Under the pieces are notes generated by a model that made no database searches, was not told where the DNA came from, and worked only from the letters and a program-made list of their open reading frames with translations. A program made the position numbers and the translations under genes. Positions 54,791-64,000 of a DNA stretch of 64,000 nucleotides are shown here, piece after piece (position 1 is the first letter of the stretch; every line of letters starts with the position of its first letter). Where the stretch lies: contig JBFLGF010000090.1 of NCBI GenBank assembly GCA_050230475.1, forward strand, positions 1-64,000, read 5' to 3'. The stretch comes from Ancylonema sp. (taxonomy: Eukaryota).

Positions 54791-55801
54791 TCTTCTGGTG
54801 CCTCCTCCCTCAGGCTCACGACCCGTGTGTTGATCGGAGCTGCTCCCCTCACTGGTGGTCCCACCCACTTCCAGGATCTCTCGACTCTGACCTTTCCCAG
54901 CAACCTCTCCCTTGCCTTCAGCAGCCTCAAAGCTGCAGCCGCTCGCCGTGCTGCATCCGCCTGCTGCACTGCTACCACGCGAAGATCTGCCTCACTAGGC
55001 TCACCAGTCAGCTCCCCCAACCGCGGTTGGGACTAACTTTGCTGTGCGCTCTTCACAGCCACCCCCCCCACCATCACCCTAGGGTCAGGTTGCACCACAC
55101 TCGTGTGCTTCCCCCATCCCTGAATATGTCCCTCCTCCCCCTTTCCCAGCATCTGCTGCGGTTGGGGGCCCCAGCCGCGGTTGGCCCTCCTCCAGCTGCG
55201 GTTGGGTGGTTGCCCCCCCCTCCCTTGGGCTATCTCCCAACTCTATGACCGCCATGCCCTGAAATTTCTCCCAGGCTTCCCCATTACCCCCCCCATACCC
55301 CTCCTCAGCCACCCCGTACTTTTTCCACCCATCTCCTCCTCCAGCAAGAGGTTGGCCTCATCGAGCGCCACCCTTCGAGCTATTTCCACATCCATATCCC
55401 ACCCCCGTGCCGCATGCTCCTTCATCTGCTCCAATAAAGTGAGCAGTGCCAGATTCTGCACCTCCCCTTCCCACTCTAACTCCACAACCCCCTCACTCTC
55501 ACCCCCCCCATATCCCCCTCCTCAATCTCCTGCCACTCATATGAAGTGTCACCGTCCGCATCCTCGAATTGACCCTCCTCAGCCTCTAAGCTGTAGAGAT
55601 CAGACTGCATATGAACCTCTCTTGACCACTCCCTGTGGATCCTACCCAACGCCATGGCCTACATAGGCAGTGTTGAGCGCAGTGCCCTGCACTCCTCCTC
55701 TGTCATCCTCCCCTGAGCCGGTACAACCCCTCTGATCTTTCCCCCCCCCTCAGCCGCTGAGCGATGGTAGTCTACTCTCCATTTGAAAACCTCTACCCAA
55801 C

Positions 55802-56248
55802 CTATACCCCCCCAATAGGCCCAATAACCTCCATCCCCAGTAACACGTCGTAACACTCAGTGTCCACTACGAAAGCTACCTCATTGTACGTGGTCTCGTA
55901 CCGTGTTCCAGCAGCCAGGGTGAATCTCATCTTCTCCCTTGTCATGCGCTGACCCGTCGCCATCTTCCTTGTTGCCGAAACGAATGACACCCCCACTGTC
56001 AACTGCCCCTCTGTGAGCCCCATACGTCTAGCCATCCGAGGGCTAATCATTGGTTTAGTAGCCCCCGAATCCAGAATCACCATGCCCAATGGGGATATGC
56101 CATTCACCACCAACTCCGTGTTTTTCACTGGAAGTGTAGCCACACTCCAGGGTCCCTTCTGCCCTCCCCCTTCTACCCATCCCGCGTGTAGTGGATCCCC
56201 CTCCACTAATGACCTCAACCCCCCGTACTGATCCATATTTTTCTGCAA
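55802..56248 (-). pseudogene. Gypsy aspartic protease
   Basis: VILDSGAT...ISPRMARRMGL and YDVLLGME. Confidence 0.88.
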
Positions 56249-57477
56249 GACCTATGCTTGTAGCTTGTGGTTTCTTTCTAGGGTTTTAAACTTCTCTGTC
56301 AGCATGTTTGCTAGCACCTCCCCTTGTGTTCCCAATCCCCTCCCCATGATCTGAATCATCTTTGCCTGGTCTATTACCGCCCCTGAGTCACCTAGCTTCT
56401 TGAGATCCCCTACCACCTCCAACCTCCCCGTCATAATTGGCATCGTCTCTGCAAGTTTCCCTCCTGGCCTCCTGGAGCCGCTGCCTCTAGTTCCACCAGC
56501 CTCTCCCTCTCCTTGGCATTATAAACCACCTCCTGTACCCCCTCCTCCGCCACCTCTATTGAAACCGGTTCTCGGCCGTATCTGCCGTACTCAACTCGCC
56601 AGTCATAAGACCCGAATTGTAGATCGGTTGCCTCTTGCAATGCTCTACCCGCTGCAGTGTCCATTCCTGGAGGGTATCCCATAGGAGGGTATCCCTCACA
56701 GTACTACCCTCCCCGACAAACACCGCTAGAGCACCCGTCGCCATTGCTGACGGAGGCGTTGTCACCCCTGTGACGCTCATCCCTGGTCGGATCTGAACTG
56801 ACGGCCCTCTATCTACCCTCTCTGAAGGGTAGATAATGTCGCGTGGCTGAGTGTTGTGTGCGAAAATAACTATCCTCGGTCTCCCTCGTCCCCTCCTCTC
56901 TGCCGCCGTCGCTTCTGCTGCACGGACCCCAGTTGCGTGCACTGCCCTCTCTGCTGCCTCTTCCTGCTCCAGACGTTGCCCTACGTTCTCGATCACACGC
57001 CTCAAATCAGGTGCCCCCGGTGATCTCGGTCGTGTCCCCCCTTTAGCTGCCCCCGCACTCTGGGGTCCCAGCTTGCCTTCCAGGCTGCTACCCTCTCCCC
57101 TCTCCCTCCCCTCTAGCCTCTCGGAAGTCAGAACTCCCTCCTCCAGCCCGCCCTCCCCTAGCGCGTGGCGCCATCATCTTGAATGGTGGCCTGACGTGCA
57201 CCACTGGCACGTCCATGACAACCCACATCTTCCCCACGTAGAATCCCAGTTCCACTCCGTTTACATCACCCTCCTCAGCCACCCCCATTGCCAGCATCTG
57301 GCGTGGGTAACCAGGGCTGAAGAACTCTTCATCTCCTCGGCCCAGCCTCTCCTCAAACTCTGGAGTTCTCCTTCCTGGTGGCCCTGGTACCGCCATGGCC
57401 AACCCCTGACGTGGCCGCTTGGCATCAGGTGCCCCCCCGGGGTTGTAGTTCTTGGGGCGAAGCTCCGGGTGCTTTGC

Positions 57478-58811
57478 CTAACACTGCTCCTCGGTGTGGT
57501 TCTGTTTGTCACAAAACCTGCAAGGTGCCCCCTCCGTCATGTGCACCCGTGGCATGGACATGGCCACCCCTCTCGCCGTCCCAAATCTGGCGGCGAAGGG
57601 TGCTTTCATACCCTTCCCGCGTCTTGCTGTTGCGGTCTTGAGTGCCTCCCTCAGCCTCCCCGCCGTCTCCTCCCTCGTCCCCGTGGGACAGTTGGCAGCG
57701 CGGTGCCCCAGTCTGTCACAAGTGAAACACTTGACAAGGCTTTTCCCCCCCATCCCTCCTCCTCCAGTCCCACCCCCTCCACTCCCAACCCCCCCTCCTC
57801 CTCCATTCCCATCCCCCCCCCCTCCTCCTCCCTCTCTCGGCTTCCCTTTCCCCTCCTCCCGTCCCCCTCCCTCCTTTTCCCCCTCTTTTTGACGCGGCAA
57901 CAGGCCAAACATCCGCAACTCCGCATCCCGCGACATCTGCGCTCTCTCCTGGGAGGTGGCAATATCTCTGACATCTGCCATACTTATCTTGGGAAGTCCT
58001 CCTCCATCCCGGCGCTGCTCCTCAGCCCGAAGCTTTGGGCCGACCACCCCCCGCAACCCTCCCAGCAAACAATCCTCATAAAAGCACGCTGCCTGACGCG
58101 CGCTGACCATATGTGGAACGAGGTTAACAGTTATCCGGAACAAGTCCTCGTAGATGGAGTTTGAGGTAGCTCCTGCTGGTGGTCTGAAGTTCTGGAACTC
58201 CCCTAACCATTCTGACCCCGCGGTTGCAAATCGCGTCCTCAATCGCTGGAAGAATCCCTTGAGATCAGAGCTTCCAGAGGTACTGCTGGAGGCCCCTGAA
58301 GCCCTGAGGTGAGTCGCATCAGGTGCCAACTCGCCTTCTGCCCATAGTATACGCGCCAGACCACTCTCACTATTTCCACCACTTGCGCTATTGCCAACGC
58401 TGGGTTATCACGGTCATGCGGGTCAATGGACCAGCGGTAATAATCTAGAACCAATCTTGCCTGCCCCTCTACGTGGCCTGACATCCGCTTGAGGACCTCA
58501 AACTGACCATATTCCCCACTAAGGAATTTTTGGAGATTACGCTTCTCTGCCTCCCACATATATTTCATATTTTGGATAAATTGGCGCTGCGCCACCCCTC
58601 CTCCTCCTGAATACTTGGGCACAACCAAAGTACTCTCCATCTCTGCCTCCTCCTCTCAACCCGCGAAATACACCAACGAATAAGCCGCAAACATAGGTAC
58701 CGGAGGTACAAAAGCCGGTGGTTGATATATGACAAGCTGAAAATTCTCCACTTCGGCCTCTCCCTCTGAGTTTGCCGAACCCTGAGAATCAACTGATCCT
58801 GCTTTTAGCAA
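57478..58811 (-). pseudogene. gag: Gypsy gag with two CCHC zinc knuckles
   Basis: VPKYSGGGG capsid-like start, CFTCDRLGHRAANC and CRFCDKQNHTEEQC. Frameshifted. Confidence 0.8.
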
Positions 58812-59249
58812 TGTTACGTGATAGGTGTGCACGATCGTGTTAATCTTTCCGTACAAGGAACTTCGTCTCTCAAAGATGATCAATGACAAGTATAGTGTTG
58901 GAAGAATTATTATTGAATGGTCGGCATCGTGTAGGTATACCACGATGCCTCATCCAAAACAAGAATCTACAAAGCGTGCCGACGGTCGTATCGACGGACC
59001 GTCGGCCTATCAAAACACAACAACAGTCAGATCCTGACACCGGCACATGCCGGACAGTCTGACAAGACATAGTCTAGATTCGGAACCATCTAGACCGCAC
59101 GTGCTACAAACCGGCACAACGAAACGTCATATTCGGGTGCCCGGACATAAGTCCGGCCCCTCAATATAAGCACACCCTAGGAACCGGTGTTACACTAACA
59201 GTCTGGACTAGCACACTTGCAAACATGGCTATCCGATATTATTCCTACA
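58812..59249 (-). repeat. Candidate 3' LTR of the copia element (left edge 58812 or 58896)
   Basis: On the minus strand a PPT-like GAGGGGGTG directly precedes TGTAGGAAT at 59249. Candidate opposite termini are TGTTACG at 58812 and TGTTGGAAG at 58896. Confidence 0.6.
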
Positions 59250-62200
59250 CACCCCCTCGGATGCCATGCCAAGTTTGGCATTGAGTCAGCACCAAGGGAC
59301 TACCCTATCTACAGCTAAGTCATGGCGAAACCATGACATACGTAATATGAATGGCAACACATATGCCAGAATTCATGAACAACTGACCACTCTAGATGCA
59401 AGCAGATCTGCAACTTTTCAGGTGTCCTTAAGTGTTTTCAGGGCAGAAAAAAGAGTGGGGTGACTTAGCTGGATAGGCGAGCGTAGAGAGCCCTCCACAG
59501 GTGCATTTTGCAAGAAGAATAACAGAACATACACCCCCTGCCAAACATAGCATGGCAGCCGAAAATCTCCTAGAACTTAATGTGCACCCCCATTTCAGTG
59601 AACCCTCCCAAAACCTATAGACTTTCCGTGTCTGTCAAGTAAGACTTGTGGAAGAGCCTTAGTGAACTATCGGCTGGTTGATTGGCCCCTGCCAGAGATA
59701 CACATACTTCAGCCTGCCAGTTTTGTGACACTCTCTCACCACCCAGTGGTACACCACAACAACATTGAAATGCTTGGCCTTCTGGCGCTGGACTGGGTTC
59801 TAGATCATTGAGAGTGCGGCTGTTGAGTCACTGTAAACTGTAATTTAATTAGGGAGTTTGAGCTCATGCAGGAGCGACTTCAGGTAACAGTATTCCTTAG
59901 ACACACTACAGGCAGCAATATATTCAGCCTCTGCTGTACTCTGTGCGCGACTGTAGACTCTGTGTTTCTGTGACTTCCAGCTCAATGCAGTTCCCCCAAC
60001 AGTAGTGACCCACCCTGTGACCGACTTCCCACAGTCATACTGCAGCTATTCCAACTAGCATCACACCAACTAGCATCACAACCTCTTCCGCGCCTCACGT
60101 AGCATATTCCGTGATCCACTCTTCCTTTTAAATATCTAAACAGTTGGTGTAAGGCTTTGATGTGAGCAGTCCCAGGATTCCCCATGTGTTTTGCCAGTAC
60201 CCCCAGTGCATGCGCAATATCCGGTCTAGTGTTTTTCATTGCATAAATGAGTGACCCAATTTTTCCCCGGAATTCAGTTATCTGTACAGGTGTAGGGGGA
60301 GTTAGAGGTTCATCTTCTTGGTGAAATGTCAGTCCAGGTGGTAAGGGTAGTTTTGTAGGGTTACAGTTTGCCATGCCAAAACGTTCCAAAACCTGCTTTA
60401 TGAACCCTCCCTGATGCAACGTGAGCACCCCTTGTTGTCTGTCCCTTTTCACTTCCACCCCCAGGATATGGGTTAGGGCCCCAAGATCCTTCATTTTGAA
60501 TTTCCGAGATAGTTCCTGTTTGAATGCTTTAATGACCATGGTGTTAGGACCAACTATCACCTGATCATCTACGTGTATCCCCACTATGATCCGTGACTGT
60601 CCTGTGCCCCTGGTGTATATGCATGTGTCCATAATGCACTGTTTGAACCCTATAGTGAGCATGAAGGTTGTGAACATCTCACCCCAGACCTTGCTACTCT
60701 GTTTCAGTCCGTACAGTGCCCCCCTCATTCTCAAAACTTTTCTCTCTGCCCCTCCCTCTATCTCCATAAATGGTGAAATTTTCATATATACTTCTTCGGC
60801 CAGTCTTCCATGCAAGAAAGCAGTCACCACGTCCATCTGTTCAATTTCCCAACCCTCTTGATTCGCAATAGATAGTAGAATGAGATATAGAGGTACTATC
60901 TACTACAGGTGCGAATATTTCATTATAATCAACTCCTTCTTGTTGTAGAAAACCCTGAGCGACCAGTCTGACTTTATATACTTTCAAGGGTTCCCGTGGG
61001 TGTGTATTTTGTTTTGAATACATATTTGCACCCCACAGCCCTTTTACGTGGTGGAAGTTCACACCCTCGAAAGTGTTGAATTCCCCCAAGCTTTTCAGCT
61101 CCTCCTGGATAGCAACTAACCACTGATACTAGTGTGGCCTCGTCATGGCCAGGTCAGCGTCAAAGGGTCGGAGGAGTCAGCAGACATGGACACCATGCAG
61201 AATCCAGGGTCAGAGGGGCCGTTGAAGCCTGTGAAGAAGCATGTTGCTTCCCAATCGTCGTCCTGAATGGCTGCTTCCAGCGCCTGGTCATCGAACTCCT
61301 CTCCATCATATCAAAAGACATCCCCAAAGTGGGCAAAGTTTGCCCTCCTCCTTCCCATTACTCTCTCAGCTATGCTCCCAGCATTCACCCCTTGCCCCCC
61401 CTCTTCATCCCCTCCTTGAACTTCCTCCTCCTCGCCTGCCACACCTACGTTGTTGACCCAGATTGGCTGTCAGACAGGCTCAATCACAGCGATGGGGACC
61501 TCAGCAGCTGGTGGTGGCGGAAACTGTAATGCTGGGATCTGGGCTCTTGGGTTGTTGTGGGCGGCTGCTGCTGCTAGCATTGCTGCTGACTGCTGCTGGT
61601 ACTGCTGCTGGCGTTGCTGCTCTCACTGCTGCTTGCCCTGTCACCCCTCCAGCCTTAGGCTCATCATCTGTGTCGGGGACCGGCTGGAGAAAGTGTTCAT
61701 CTGCTTTGGCCTCGACCTGGGGAGCTCTCCCCCCCATGAGTCTCGGGTACCCCGGTACTTCCTCAAAGACACGGACGTCTGTCCGCACCATCACACCGGC
61801 TCTGAGCGGGTCGAAGATGTTGTAACCAGCTTGATCTGCTGCCAGCCCAATGAAACCCCAAAAGCAGTCCTGGCAGCATACTTGTCCCCTTGTTTATTTT
61901 TATCATGCCCAACTTTCAAATACTGCACTAGGCAGCCAAATGTGTGACTTCTGTTCAGTTTGATTTGGCGTCCCGTCCACTTTTCAATAGGTATCCCCCT
62001 TGTCAATGAACTAGTGGGGTAGCTGTTCCTTAGCCAATTTGCATGCATTAGTGCCACATCCCAGTATGATTTAGGCAGTTTAGACCACATCAGCAAACAT
62101 CTCATCTTCTCCATCAGTGTTCGGTTCAGCCTTTCACACATACCGTTCTGCTGAGGACTATAGGGGGCAGTCAGTTCATGTTTGATGCCTTTATCCTCAC

Positions 62201-64000
62201 AATAGCCTTTCCACTCCTTGCTGGTATATTTCCCTCCTCCATCTGTCCTGATCGACTTTAAACGGCAGTCCTGACTCAACCTCTAGTTTCTGTCAGTGAT
62301 GCGCGTTTGACTGAGAGCATCGCTCTTGTGCTTGAGAATAGATACTGTTGACAGTCTAGAATTGACCTCTATCCCTGTCTGAGCATAATCAAACCCTCCG
62401 TGCATTGATCTGACACACACCAAAAGGATCAGATCTAGATGCAACCTCCCCATTTTTGGCATAGTGGTCACATCATCGCTAGCCATAGCATGCCCCCTCT
62501 GTCCCATTTTCCCCATACAGCAGATCACACAATCCTTGACCACAGTCAACTCTTCCTGACTCAGTCTCGGTATGTCCCCACGTCTGGCCATGTTTGACAT
62601 GGCTGGTATACCAGGGTGACCCAGCTTGCCATGCGAGAGCACTATGGACAGATTTGCTTGCAGACCAGATGAACCAGGCATGATGATAGATGCATGCAGC
62701 AATGACAGACCATTCCTCTGCCTGCTGACATCAGCCCATTTCTGTCCATTTTTAGTCAGTGGACGTGCAGAGCAGTGAGAGGGACGACGAAGAAGGAGTC
62801 GTCGTTCTTCACTCGAACGTGCACGAAGCCTGTCCCCTTGACCTTGTGGGGCGTGCCATCAGCCGTGTGGATGAATGAATGGTGCATCAAGACGTTGGTG
62901 TCGTACTCGACGAAGTGGTCTTTGTTTGTGAAGACGTGATCGGTCGAGCCTGAATCAAGCCACAGATGCGAGCAATCAGTTCCAACTGCCATAGCAATTC
63001 GTGCATCAAATGAGAATGCTGCATAAGCCAGGGATTCGGATGCATCAAAAGGTGTGTCTGAACGTGCAGCAAGTCGAGCCTCAGCTTGGTCACGAAGATT
63101 AGAATCAGGTGCAGCCAATGCCAGGTCAGATCTACGCTTCATGCATTCTACCAATGTGTGTCCAAGCTTATCACAGTATCTGCATTTTGGTTTCGGACTG
63201 CCACTTCCCTGGCCAGCCGATCTTCCCCCTCCCCCTTGCCGTTGGTGTCCACACTGCGACAGCTTGTGGCCGATCTGGTTGCAGCCATGGCACCTCATTT
63301 GCGGACGTGTAGGGCAGTCCGATTTTAAGGTGGCCATACTGGTTGCAGCCGTAGCACTGAAGTTCTCGTCAGGTCGCGACTTCCGGGACCGCCACTCCCA
63401 CCTGGTCGACACTTGGGCCAGCTCCGGAGCTGCCCAAGTAACCCCCTTTTCCCACGAAATTGGCCTGCTGCCCTCCCGGCAACGCCCCTCTCCTCTTCCG
63501 GTCGTTGCAGACCTCCCGTCGATCGCCAGCTGACAAAGTGCTGACGGCAACGGCCTGCGGGATCGTGAAGAGTGTTGGCGCACAAACTGCCCAAGACATC
63601 ACACTCTCCCGCGCGCTGTAGCGAGTGTTGAGGGAATTTCAGAAAGTTGATCGTCTGCTTCGCAAGCTTGACTGGCTCTCCCAGATGCCCTAGACGATAG
63701 TGCAGCTCCTGAAGCCGCTTAACGTAGTCGCTCAGGTCCTCCGCCTCTCCCATGATAATCGCCGTGAGCTCAGCCTCAGCGTTGGCGATCTCAATGGCTC
63801 CCTGAATGTCGTAGAAGGCTTTCAGGGCGTCCCACATATCCGCTGCAGTCTCGCAATTTCGTACGTGCGTTAGCTCCCCCGTCTGGAGGTGTTTGACGAT
63901 GTACGCCATTGCAGCGATATTCTTCTTCGACCAGACCTCTCGAAGGAGAGTCTGTCGACCGATGAGCTGGGTGCGTGCCGTGACCGTTCGAGCGACGTCC
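58812..64000 (-). mobile_element. Degenerate Ty1/copia LTR retrotransposon whose 5' end runs off the window
   Basis: Order: gag (TAADMWDALK, CCHC knuckles), protease (WLDSGSTDH), GAG-pre-integrase (HGKLGHPG...CVIC), integrase (IRTDGGG, YSPQQNGMCERLNRTL), RT (RLVAQGF, MDVVTAFLHG, ALYGLKQS, HVDD), then an RNase H remnant. Confidence 0.93.

Larger units (their letters stand above)
48661..58811 (-). mobile_element. Degenerate Ty3/gypsy LTR retrotransposon with order gag - protease - C5 DNA methyltransferase - RT - RNase H - integrase - PHD; 5' end interrupted by a copia element
   Basis: Gypsy domain order RT-RH-IN with all domains on one strand, a PPT and candidate 3' LTR, and many stops and frameshifts. 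Confidence 0.92.

Noticed and set aside
53808..55020. Bacterial restriction-modification system or contamination as the source of the MTase
   Set aside because: No endonuclease or operon context. The domain is colinear within a gypsy pol, shares its purine-rich composition and decay, and the contig carries spliced eukaryotic genes.
53808..55020. Host DNMT gene (MET1, CMT or DRM)
   Set aside because: Intronless, lacks BAH, chromo and UBA domains, has unpermuted motif order, and is embedded between protease and RT.
49522..58164. Long plus-strand ORFs over the gypsy element (for example 54391-55248, 56851-58164)
   Set aside because: Antisense shadows with no recognisable motifs.

Overview
Intron-rich eukaryotic nuclear DNA, most likely from a streptophyte (charophyte-grade) green alga; this is inferred from the land-plant-type genes, the G/C-tract introns and the transposon content. 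The left 48 kb holds spliced host genes: the 3' end of GDP-L-fucose synthase, an ankyrin-repeat gene followed by a long coiled-coil ORF, peroxisomal glycolate oxidase, cytosolic NAD-glycerol-3-phosphate dehydrogenase, a plastid Tic62-related NAD(P)-binding protein, a low-confidence orphan gene and a PPM1G-like PP2C. MITEs and microsatellites are interspersed. The right 15 kb is a nested pair of degenerate minus-strand LTR retrotransposons. The standout is a Ty3/gypsy element whose pol region runs protease - C5 DNA cytosine methyltransferase - RT - RNase H - integrase - PHD finger, so it carries both a chromatin writer and a chromatin reader. A Ty1/copia element appears to be inserted at the 5' end of its gag. 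Exon boundaries were read by eye from GT/AG signals and reading frame. No database searches were run.
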